Assembly (NCBI GenBank): GCA_965248435.1
Contig: OZ252100.1
Location: 3,360,001 to 3,424,000, forward strand
Source: Candidatus Latescibacterota bacterium
GTDB lineage: Bacteria > Latescibacterota > UBA2968 > GCA-2709665
DNA length: 64,000 bases
Direction of reading: 5' to 3'
This document shows, in pieces, positions 9,713 to 18,043 of the stretch (its first letter is position 1; each line of letters starts with the position of its first letter). The translations under genes and the position numbers were made by a program. Below the pieces are notes generated by a model. The model did no database searches, was not told the origin of the DNA, and saw only the letters and a program-made list of their open reading frames with translations.

Positions 9713-10111
9713 GTGCGGAAGTTTGGAGTGGGCAACAACGAAGAGAAACTCGTTTTCGTCGCGCAAAAGCACGACGCGACGACGCTTCATTACGACTTCC
9801 GGCTGGAAAGGGACGGCGTGTTGAAGAGTTGGGCCGTCCCGAAGGGCGTGCCGACTAAGGAGAGTGTAAAACGGTTGGCCGTGGAAGTGGAGGATCACGA
9901 TGTAGAGTACGGGGACTTCGAAGGGGAAATTGAAGAGGGGGAGTACGGCGCAGGGAAGGTGGAGATCTGGGACAACGGGCGTTATGAAGCGGAGTCGTGG
10001 AAAGAGGACAAGATCATCTTTGCACTCAATGGGAAACGATTCCAGGGACGCTACTGCCTGGTTCGCTTCAAGAGGGCAGGGGAAAAGAACTGGTTGCTGT
10101 TTCGGCTGTGA
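9713..10111 (+). CDS. Stand-alone LigD 3'-phosphoesterase domain protein
   Basis: FVAQKHDATTLHYDFRLE..GVLKSWAVPKG, RLAVEVEDH, YGAGKVEIWD. Exact start uncertain. Confidence 0.9.
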   Translation: MRKFGVGNNEEKLVFVAQKHDATTLHYDFRLERDGVLKSWAVPKGVPTKESVKRLAVEVEDHDVEYGDFEGEIEEGEYGAGKVEIWDNGRYEAESWKEDKIIFALNGKRFQGRYCLVRFKRAGEKNWLLFRL

Positions 10112-10257
10112 CGATCTGACCTTTATAGCTTGACGGCTAAGCGGATGGCTTTCCGTTGCGTTTTGAGAATTTGCATCTTATTTTTGGTTGATAGGTTATC
10201 TGGACACGCTTTTGAAATAGAGTGTGTCCGGTTTTTTGTTGTGTCGCTGGGAGGACG

Positions 10258-11373
10258 ATGATCACGACACACACCGATGTCGTTGGAAGCCTGCTCCGTC
10301 CGGAGCGGCTGCTGAATGCTCGGGAAGACCTCGCGGCTGAGAGAATCACGGAAACGGACTTCAAGAAGGTCGAAGACCGCGCCGTCGATCATGCCGTCGC
10401 GATTCAGGAGGCGGCGGGACTTGGGGTGGTGACGGACGGAGAGATGCGACGTCAGTCGTTCCAGAGTCAGATGACCGAGGCGGTCGATGGATTTGGAGAA
10501 TACTCGCTGGATGCCTTCTTGTGGGGAGACTGGAAGGGGGATGATTCGGTCGGGGATCTGCACCTGGAGCGCCCGACCGCGCTCGGCGTCGAGCGGAAGT
10601 TGAGAAGGCGTCGCCACCTGAGTGTCCATGAATTCAATTACTTACGGGATCACACGACACGGATCCCGAAGGTCACCTTGCCGAGCCCGAGCCTGTGGGC
10701 GAATTTCTGGTCGCCCGAGCGATCTACGGAGGCCTACTCTTCACTTGACGAATTCCTTTCAGATGTTGCCATCATCCTGCGGGACGAGGTGACGGATCTG
10801 GTGCGTCTCGGGGCTCGGTACATCCAGCTGGATGCGCCACATTATACGCAGTTGATCGACCCGAAGACGCGGGCCTTTTATGAGGCACAGGGGTGGGACC
10901 TGGACCGCTGGGTGAGCGCCGGGATTGAGCTTGACAACGCGGTGATGGGTGACTTTCCTGGTATAACGTTCGGGTTTCACCTGTGACGAGGCAATCAGGG
11001 CAGCCGGTGGCTGCTCGACGGCGGGTACGAGCCGATTGCGGCCAGGATCTTCCAAGGGGTTCGCGCCCAGCGACTTCTGCTTGAATACGATGATGAGCGA
11101 TCGGGTTCCTTCCAGGCACTGAAGGAGGTCCCCGAGGAGAAGATGGTGGTGCTGGGTCTGGTCTCCTCCAAGACGCCGAGGTTGGAGACGCGAGAGGATC
11201 TTGGCGAACGGATCCGGGAAGCCAGTCAGTTCATCTCCTTGGAACGTCTAGCCCTGAGCACGCAGTGCGGCTTCGCGAGCTCTGTCGTGGGCAATCGAAT
11301 CTCAGAAGAAGACCAGAAGCGGAAGCTGGCGCTCGTCACCGAGACGGCGCGGGATGTCTGGAAAGACGCGTAA
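10258..11373 (+). CDS. Cobalamin-independent methionine synthase II (MetE catalytic-domain) family protein, predicted selenoprotein (UGA 10984-10986)
   Basis: GGAGGA RBS; DVVGSLLRP, VTDGEMRR, YIQLDAP, H-L-[TGA]-R-G-N in place of HxCRGN, LLEYD, LSTQCGFASS. ORFs 10222..10986 and 11143..11373 share a frame with no other stop between them. Confidence 0.88.
10998..11016 (+). promoter_or_regulatory. SECIS-like hairpin
   Basis: GGGCAGCC-GGT-GGCTGCTC, 8-bp stem (one G-U) starting 11 nt after the TGA, loop begins with G. Confidence 0.75.
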
Positions 11374-11410
11374 GACATTCGTCATTTGAACCAATCTTTA
11401 GGAGGAGACC

Positions 11411-12376
11411 ATGCTTGTGGGATTGAGGGTTTCGGGTTTTGTGTTCGCCACAATTATGATGGCCTCGTTTGCCCACGCCCAGAAGGAACGACACTTCGCC
11501 TTTACCTATAATGTAGAGATCACTGATCTACCGGAGTCCGCAAAGAAAGTGGAAGTATGGCTGCCGGTCCCGCCGGAGACACCGGAGCAGAAGATCAAAT
11601 CAGTCACTTTTGATTCACCTGTTGTCGGGAAGACGCATACCGAGGCGAGTTACGGGAATCGGATCTGGCACGCGCGAACGACTCCGCCGGTGAATGGCAC
11701 GTTGAGCATCACCCAACGCATCGACGTCGTTCGAAAAGAACAGAGTTTAGACCGGGATAGAAAACTGGCAGGCACAAACGGGTCTATGAATGAGTTTCTC
11801 AAAGAGAATCGCATGGTACCGCTGACTCCACGATTTCGTAAAATTGCTCTGGAGGAGACGAAGGATTCAGAGGCAGTCGTGGATCAGGCTCGCGCGCTGT
11901 ATGATTATGTGATGGGTCAGATGGCCTACGACAAGTCGGGCAAGGGATGGGGACGTGGGGACGCGAACTACGCCTGCGATATCCGAAAGGGCAACTGTAC
12001 GGACTATCACAGTCTGTTTATTGCACTGGAACGTTCGCTGGAGACGCCCGCCAGGTTCTGGATCGGGTTTCCTCTGCCGGAGGAAAGGGGGAAAGGGACG
12101 GTCGGCGGCTATCACTGCTGGGCTGAGTTCTGGGTACCGGACGCTGGCTGGATGCCTGTCGACATTTCAGAGGCGGACAAGCATCCAGAAAAAACGGAAT
12201 ACTTCTTCGGCAATGTGGACGAGAACCGGATTGTCTTCTCCGTCGGCCGAGACCTGACCCTGGAACCTGCGCAGCAGGGGGAGCCGATCAACTTCTTTGT
12301 TTACCCGTATGTCGAAGTGGACGGAAAGCCCTGGGCGCGTGTCGACACGCGCTTTTCCTATCAGGATCTGGATTAG
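11411..12376 (+). CDS. Exported transglutaminase-like domain protein
   Basis: AGGAGGAG RBS, signal peptide ending AHA, catalytic triad motifs GNCTDYH, HCWAEF, WMPVD. Confidence 0.88.
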   Translation: MLVGLRVSGFVFATIMMASFAHAQKERHFAFTYNVEITDLPESAKKVEVWLPVPPETPEQKIKSVTFDSPVVGKTHTEASYGNRIWHARTTPPVNGTLSITQRIDVVRKEQSLDRDRKLAGTNGSMNEFLKENRMVPLTPRFRKIALEETKDSEAVVDQARALYDYVMGQMAYDKSGKGWGRGDANYACDIRKGNCTDYHSLFIALERSLETPARFWIGFPLPEERGKGTVGGYHCWAEFWVPDAGWMPVDISEADKHPEKTEYFFGNVDENRIVFSVGRDLTLEPAQQGEPINFFVYPYVEVDGKPWARVDTRFSYQDLD

Positions 12377-12394
12377 GCAAGAACTGCCAGGAGG

Positions 12395-13690
12395 ATGGCC
12401 GTGGAATCCGCCAAAACACTCGCCGAGTGGGTGAGCGACGCAAGACAGCGGACGATGGATCTGGTGGCCGACCTGACCGACGACCAGCTGATGGGGCCGA
12501 GCCTGGACACCGTCAATCCGCTGCGATGGGAGATCGGGCATATGGCCTGGTTCCAGGAGAAGTGGGTACTGCGGCACGTGGGGAAACAGGCGCCCTACCG
12601 GAAGAACGTGGACGCGCTTTATGATTCGATCGCGATCCCTCACGATGACCGCTGGGACCTGCCGCTCCCGAGCCGGGAAGAAACACTGACCTACATCCGT
12701 GAGGTCCGGGACCAGGTGCTGGAACGGGTTGAGCAGGGTCTGAGTGATAAGGAAGCCTACCACATCCTCTACTCCGTGTTTCACGAAGATATGCACACCG
12801 AGGCGTTTACGTATACCCGGCAAACGCTTGGCTACCCGCCTCCTGAACTGGCTGGTGTGGCTCCAGGCCCATCGGGAGGGGGGCGGCTGGATGGAGATGT
12901 GGAGATTCCTGGAGGAGAGTTTATGCTGGGTGCCGGCCAGGACGAACCGTTCGTGTTCGACAACGAAAAGTGGGCCCATCCGGTTACGCTGAAGCCTTTC
13001 TCGATTGCCCGGGCGCCGGTTACGCAGGCAGAATTCGCTGCGTTCGTCGAGGACAGGGGGTATGACCGGAAGGAGTTGTGGAGAGAGGGAGGTTGGGAGT
13101 GGCGGGAAACGGAAAGGGCGGACCATCCGGTCTACTGGCGAAAGGAGTCAGGCGGCGAGTGGCAGCGCCGTGATTTTGACCGTTGGGTTCCGCTCGAATC
13201 GGATCGACCCGTGATCCACGTCAACTGGTTCGAGGCGGAGGCATATTGCGCGTGGGCAGGTCGACGCCTGCCGACGGAGGCGGAGTGGGAGGCCGCGGCA
13301 GCGTGTGGGCACGACGGAGGAAGCCTATCCAAAAGTAAGCGCCGGTTTCCCTGGGGGGATGAGGGTCCCGAATCGGGGAAGGCCCATCTGGACTGGCGCG
13401 ACATGGGCTGTGCGGAGGTTGGGGCCTATCCAGAAGCGGAAAGTACTTTTGGCTGTCGACAGATGATCGGCAACGTTTGGGAGTGGACGAGCAGTGTATT
13501 TCTGCCTTATCCAGGATTCATTGCGGACCCATACGAGGAGTACTCTGAGCCGTGGTTCGAGACCCGCAAGGTCCTGCGCGGCGGCTCCTGGGCCACACGA
13601 TCCCGCATGCTGCGCAACACCTGGCGAAACTATTTTACGCCGGATAGACGGGATGTGATGGCTGGACTCCGAACGGTCGCAAAGTCGTGA
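12395..13690 (+). CDS. senA: Selenoneine synthase SenA (EgtB-related; DinB_2 + FGE-sulfatase domains)
   Basis: NPLRWEIGHMAWFQE signature, LYDS...HDDRWDLPLP, iron motif HEDMHTE, RLPTEAEWE, GNVWEW, VLRGGSW; stop overlaps the senB start. Confidence 0.88.
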   Translation: MAVESAKTLAEWVSDARQRTMDLVADLTDDQLMGPSLDTVNPLRWEIGHMAWFQEKWVLRHVGKQAPYRKNVDALYDSIAIPHDDRWDLPLPSREETLTYIREVRDQVLERVEQGLSDKEAYHILYSVFHEDMHTEAFTYTRQTLGYPPPELAGVAPGPSGGGRLDGDVEIPGGEFMLGAGQDEPFVFDNEKWAHPVTLKPFSIARAPVTQAEFAAFVEDRGYDRKELWREGGWEWRETERADHPVYWRKESGGEWQRRDFDRWVPLESDRPVIHVNWFEAEAYCAWAGRRLPTEAEWEAAAACGHDGGSLSKSKRRFPWGDEGPESGKAHLDWRDMGCAEVGAYPEAESTFGCRQMIGNVWEWTSSVFLPYPGFIADPYEEYSEPWFETRKVLRGGSWATRSRMLRNTWRNYFTPDRRDVMAGLRTVAKS

Positions 13691-14637
13691 GGATTTCCCT
13701 GATCACACCGGCACCGGCCGGCTCGAGGAAGGGAAATCGGGTGACCGCGCAGCGCTGGTCCAAAATCCTTCGTGGACTGGGGCACCGCGTGGACGTTGCT
13801 CAGGAATATGCGGGGAAGCGGTGCGACCTGATGGTGGCGCTCCACGCGCGGCGCAGCCACGCTTCGATCGCTCGGTTTCAGGAGGATCATCCGGACCTCC
13901 CCGTGGTCGTCGCGTTGACGGGGACGGATCTCTACGGAGATATTCACACGGATTCAGACGCTCAGCGGTCTCTGGACCTGGCATCGCGTCTGGTGATGCT
14001 GCAGCCCGAGGGACTTCGGGAGCTCCCGAAGCGCCACCGGCAGAAGGCGCGCGTCATCTATCAGGCGTTTACGTGACCGCAAGGAGACTTTGCCCCCAGG
14101 AAGGGGGTATTCGAGGTCTGTGTACTGGGTCACCTGAGAGAGGTGAAGGATCCGTTTCGCGCTGCTGAGGCAACCCGCCTGCTACCGGCGGAATCGCGGA
14201 TTGAAGTCCTGCAGGTAGGTGGGGCACTCGATGAAGCGAGTGCGGCGAGGGCGAAAGTGGAGGCGGCTGCCAATTCGAGATACCGGTGGCTGGGGGAGGT
14301 TCCGAGGTGGCGCGCCGTGAGGATCCTGGCTCGCAGCAGGTTGCTCGTAATGAGCTCGATTATGGAAGGGGGCGCGAACGCGGTGTCGGAGGCACTGGCG
14401 TGTCGCGTCCCTGTGCTTTCATCTCGAATCTCAGGCTCCATCGGTCTGCTGGGAAAGGATTATCCAGGCTATTTCAAGGTGGGAGATACGCAGGGGCTGG
14501 CCAGGCTTTTGAGAAAGGTGGAGACGGATTCAGACTTCCACAAAGGGCTTAAGCGTCATTGCCGACGTCTGGTCTCCATTGTGAATCCTGCGGACGAAAG
14601 GAGGAGGTGGAGATCGCTGCTCCAGGAACTGGGATAG
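13687..14637 (+). CDS. senB: Selenosugar synthase SenB (GT-B glycosyltransferase) with in-frame UGA at 14074-14076
   Basis: GNRVTAQRW, VALHARRS, LTGTDLY, VIYQ, GHLREVKDP, SIMEGGANAVSEA. ORFs 13687..14076 and 14143..14637 are the same frame separated only by one TGA. Confidence 0.85.
14085..14119 (+). promoter_or_regulatory. SECIS-like hairpin
   Basis: Upper stem TGCCCCC-AGGAA-GGGGGTA (14091-14109); lower stem AGACTT/AGGTCT with a 4-nt bulge; loop starts 21 nt after the TGA. Confidence 0.55.
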
Positions 14638-14662
14638 CGGTTCGACCGGAGTTGTCTCGATT

Positions 14663-15133
14663 ATGTCTTTGAAGGAAGAGACATTCACGTTCTGGGATCC
14701 GCTTGAATTGGTCGACGGGGATCTTCGCCTCGTTCTGGTCGAAAAGCGATTCGGAAATCCTGCCAGGGATATTGTGCCTGCATACAAGTTCGAAATGAGG
14801 AAGATCGACACCTGGGAACCGATCGGGAGGGTCGATCTCCGAATCGGCAATACGGAGCATATCGTGATGTATTCGGGACACCTCGGCTACCGGGTGGAGC
14901 CACTCTACCGGGGTGAGAGATTCGCGGCAAGAAGCTGCGTGCTCCTGTTCGACCTGGCGAGGCGCCACCAAATCGATCCACTCTGGATCACCTGCAATCC
15001 TGAGAATGTCGCATCGCGTCGGACGTGCGAGCTTATTGGAGGTCGTCTCATCGAAATTGTGGCGCTACCGGAGAATACGGATATGTACAGTGAAGGCGAG
15101 CGCTTCAAATGTCGCTATCGCGTCGATGTATGA
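14663..15133 (+). CDS. GNAT family acetyltransferase
   Basis: GHLGYRVEPLYRGERFA, ITCNPENVASRRTCE. Confidence 0.85.
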   Translation: MSLKEETFTFWDPLELVDGDLRLVLVEKRFGNPARDIVPAYKFEMRKIDTWEPIGRVDLRIGNTEHIVMYSGHLGYRVEPLYRGERFAARSCVLLFDLARRHQIDPLWITCNPENVASRRTCELIGGRLIEIVALPENTDMYSEGERFKCRYRVDV

Positions 15134-15162
15134 GCGATAAAGCGTGTCTGGGAGGCCTAAAG

Positions 15163-15339
15163 ATGGAAGATCAGGAAGTGGTCGTGACCGACGTTCGTAT
15201 GCAGTTCTCGAGTATGGTCGTCTTTATGGTCAAATGGGTTATTGCGTCCATACCCGCGCTGATTATCCTGGCCGCGCTGGGTGCGCTCATCGTGGCTTTC
15301 TTTGCGGCGTTCCTGCGCTCGCTGTTCTGGCCATATTAA
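15163..15339 (+). CDS. Small membrane protein (58 aa)
   Basis: GGAGG RBS; VVVTDVRMQFSSMVVFMVKWVIASIPA followed by a TM helix. Confidence 0.7.
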   Translation: MEDQEVVVTDVRMQFSSMVVFMVKWVIASIPALIILAALGALIVAFFAAFLRSLFWPY

Positions 15340-15516
15340 AGAAGCGTATTTCGTATCTCGTGGCGCTGGATGTTGCGAACATAGATGGCTAGCCACCTCG
15401 CACGGGCAGCAAGCTGCCCGTGGCACACGCAGAGTATTCACAGAAATGATCTTGTGGCACCGGCAGCTCGCTGCCGGTGGGCAATGTTGAGCGTATTTTG
15501 TCCGGCTTGGTGAAGA

Positions 15517-16551
15517 TCAGTCTTCGGAGTGAAGCAGGATTTTGATTCCTTCCTTCTTCCTCACTTTGTTGAAACCTTCTTCCCATCGACTGAGAGGCAG
15601 ACTTTCGGATATGAGCGCATTGAGGTCGATCTGGTCTTTGGCCATGAAGTTCATCACCTGCTTCCACGTCTCCCAGGTATGACATATGGAGCCCTGTATC
15701 CTCGCCTGTTTGTGAACGAGCTGGTCCACGTCAAGGGTGATTGGCTTCCCGAAGAGGCCGACCTGCGTAAACTGACCCAGCTTCTTGAGCAGGTCGAGGC
15801 ATTGTTTCGCTGAGGCCTCTGCGCCCGAACACTCGAAAACGACGTCTGCGCCATAGCCATCGGTCATGTCTTCTATGACCTGTTTCGGGGCCTCCTTTTC
15901 CACGTTGAGCACCAGATCTGCACCCAGCTTCGATGCCAGATCCATTCGTTGGGTGTCTGCGGAAGTTCCGAGCATCACGACGCGACTCTCGCGAGTCTTG
16001 GCGAGCATCGCGCACAGCAGGCCGATCGGACCCGGACCGCTGACAACAACCAGGTCTCCGCGCGTAATCTCCGTGAGCTCCACGACCGCGTGGTAGGCAC
16101 ACGCGAGCGGTTCGCTGAGGCTTCCAGCCTGGTCGTCGACGTTGTCAGGGAGTTTGAATACAACCTCCTTTCGGACGCAGCAGTATTTCGCGAATCCCCC
16201 GTCCAGGACGCTGCCGTGTGAGCCCCGGTCCATGCAAAGAAATGGATACCCCTGTTCACAGTAACGGCATCGGCCGCAGAGTTTTCCTGCTGTCGGATTG
16301 ATGGTGACCCGATCGCCCTCCTCGAGGCCGGCCACACCCGATCCGAGCTCGACAACTCGACCGGCGAGCTCGTGGCCCAGGACGACGGGTGGCTTGCTTG
16401 GAAACTCGTCATCGTAATGATGGATGTCGGTTCCGCAGATGCCGCAAGCACTGACCTCGATGACCACCTGGTCCGCTTCGGGGCGGGGTTCAGGCACATT
16501 CTTGAGCGCCAGTTTTGCGCGACCGGGTTCGGTCTTGACGACTGCTTTCAT
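15517..16551 (-). CDS. Zinc-binding MDR dehydrogenase (sorbitol/threonine dehydrogenase-like)
   Basis: CGICGTD, GHELAG, CGRCRYC..C structural Zn site, GPGPIG. Confidence 0.9.
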   Translation of the reverse strand: MKAVVKTEPGRAKLALKNVPEPRPEADQVVIEVSACGICGTDIHHYDDEFPSKPPVVLGHELAGRVVELGSGVAGLEEGDRVTINPTAGKLCGRCRYCEQGYPFLCMDRGSHGSVLDGGFAKYCCVRKEVVFKLPDNVDDQAGSLSEPLACAYHAVVELTEITRGDLVVVSGPGPIGLLCAMLAKTRESRVVMLGTSADTQRMDLASKLGADLVLNVEKEAPKQVIEDMTDGYGADVVFECSGAEASAKQCLDLLKKLGQFTQVGLFGKPITLDVDQLVHKQARIQGSICHTWETWKQVMNFMAKDQIDLNALISESLPLSRWEEGFNKVRKKEGIKILLHSED

Positions 16552-16587
16552 TGTAGCGATGGATGAATCCTGTATCGTCTTGGCGAA

Positions 16588-16615
16588 TAGAGACGCCCCA
16601 GCGGGGCGTCTCCAC
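16588..16615. repeat. REP-like palindrome
   Basis: TAGAGACGCCCC-AGC-GGGGCGTCTCCAC. Confidence 0.65.
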
Positions 16616-16636
16616 AGTGATGGATCTCGCTAATGG

Positions 16637-17503
16637 TTATCCGGATCCGAATTCCTCATCGAGGGCGCCGTAGTGGTCGTGCTTAACAACGTGCGTAAAC
16701 TCGGCGTAGCCCATCATCCGATCCTGCCTGCTGTGCGTGGACCCTTTGCCCTTCAGCTCGTCGAGTACTTCTTTGACGGCCAGAGAGGAACTCAGGAGGG
16801 CTGATAGGGGATAGATAACGATTTTGAATCCCATTTTCCCTAGTTCGTCGATAGTGAGCCGGGTTGTTTCATTTCCGTCCACGATACTGACCATCAGTGG
16901 AGCGTTGATCGCCTTCGCTACTGCCTGAAGCTCGTCGACCTTTTTGATTCCGTCGACAAAGACGATGTCCACACCAGCCTCTGAATAGACCTCGGCGCGA
17001 CGGATAGCTTCGTCGACGCCTACGGCAGGAAGCGCATCGGTTCGACCGATGATGACCATACCGCTCTCGCCACGAGCATCAATGGCACATTTGAGTTTGA
17101 GGACCATCTCATCCGAGGGGATCAGCTTTACCCCAGACATCTGGCCGCAGCGTTTGGGGGAGGTCTGGTCTTCCAAATGGATCGCTGCGACACCGGCAAG
17201 TTCGTATTCGTGGACAGTGCGTTCGATGTTGGCTGGACCGCCGTAGCCCGTGTCTGCGTCCGCGATGACGGGCAGGTCGACCGCGCGGGCCATGTTTCGC
17301 GCGTGGGTGACCATTTCGGTCTGGGTCAGGAGTCCAACGTCGGGCGTGCCCAGGAGACTGGCCGTGGCTCCGAAGCCGGTCATGTAAACAGCTGAGAATC
17401 CTGCCTGCAGGACCAGGCGAGCTGTCAGCACATCGCCCGCCCCGGGTGCGATAACCATCTGGCCGTCTTCCAGCAACCTTCTAAATCGCGCAGCCTGGTT
17501 CAC
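16637..17503 (-). CDS. Isocitrate lyase/PEP mutase family enzyme (methylisocitrate or dimethylmalate lyase-like)
   Basis: ADADTGYGG, LEDQTSPKRCG, GRTDA; GTG 17503 follows GGGGAGG. Confidence 0.88.
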   Translation of the reverse strand: MNQAARFRRLLEDGQMVIAPGAGDVLTARLVLQAGFSAVYMTGFGATASLLGTPDVGLLTQTEMVTHARNMARAVDLPVIADADTGYGGPANIERTVHEYELAGVAAIHLEDQTSPKRCGQMSGVKLIPSDEMVLKLKCAIDARGESGMVIIGRTDALPAVGVDEAIRRAEVYSEAGVDIVFVDGIKKVDELQAVAKAINAPLMVSIVDGNETTRLTIDELGKMGFKIVIYPLSALLSSSLAVKEVLDELKGKGSTHSRQDRMMGYAEFTHVVKHDHYGALDEEFGSG

Positions 17504-17708
17504 GGAGCGCCTCCCCAGAATGATGCGAGAGAATTTCAATACATCGCTGACGGACTACAATAAGTTTGATGGCGGAGCGAAGTCAAGGGGTTTCATCTTA
17601 CTATCGCCCGCGTTAAATTGGAGATTTCGGATCGCGGATTGAAAAGCAGAATCCGTGACTGTCGATTGGCGAAATAGAAACGCAAATTCGTGCGAGGTGT
17701 CGCTTTCG

Positions 17709-17903
17709 ATGATTCATCGCGTAAGGAATCAGCAGTTTTGCGTTGAGGCGGAGTTCGACGGAGACTTCTGGATAGTGGGGGTTTACGAGGTCGAGGGTGC
17801 GGACAAGCGGTTGCGATTCGAATACAAGCTAAACGCCCCGAAGGATGAGAGAGAAGCCTGCAAGAGGGCGTGGGAGCTGTTCGAGACCAGGTATCTAAAA
17901 TAG
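17709..17903 (+). CDS. Small hypothetical protein
   Basis: GAGGTG upstream of ATG 17709, globular-looking 64 aa, fills an otherwise empty gap. Confidence 0.5.
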   Translation: MIHRVRNQQFCVEAEFDGDFWIVGVYEVEGADKRLRFEYKLNAPKDEREACKRAWELFETRYLK

Positions 17904-17911
17904 TGTAATGT

Positions 17912-17964
17912 CGGGTACCGGGGAACCAGAACACGGGTACCGGGGAACCAGAACACGGGTACCG
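17912..17964. repeat. 22-bp tandem repeat, about 2.4 copies
   Basis: CGGGTACCGGGGAACCAGAACA twice, then CGGGTACCG. Confidence 0.9.
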
Positions 17965-17983
17965 CAAATCCCTCGACTATCGC

Positions 17984-18018
17984 AAAAAGGGGTCAGCCAT
18001 TTTCAGGCTGGCCCCTTT
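17984..18018 (-). terminator. Intrinsic terminator of dnaK
   Basis: Minus strand AAGGGGCCAGCC-loop-GGCTGACCCC then TTTTT. Confidence 0.8.
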
Positions 18019-18043
18019 CCGTGACTATGGGATGTGTTTGAAC

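Noticed and set aside
10146-10160. Sigma-54 promoter for the selenium operon (TGGCTTTCCGTTGC)
   Set aside because: GG-GC spacing is 9 nt rather than the required 10.
11143-11373. Separate 76-aa gene, and likewise the ORF at 14143..14637
   Set aside because: These are in-frame C-terminal parts of the MetE-like and SenB genes.
12395-13690. Ergothioneine EgtB or ovothiol OvoA
   Set aside because: The NPLRWEIGH signature and overlap with senB favour SenA; there is no OvoA methyltransferase domain.
10222-14637. Genome-wide reassignment of UGA to Trp or Gly as the cause of the internal TGAs
   Set aside because: TGA is the normal stop of many intact genes here (TolC, acnA, moaC, sat, ATGA/GTGA overlaps), so any recoding must be site-specific.
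17912-17964. CRISPR array
   Set aside because: Repeats are contiguous with no spacers, and there are no cas genes.
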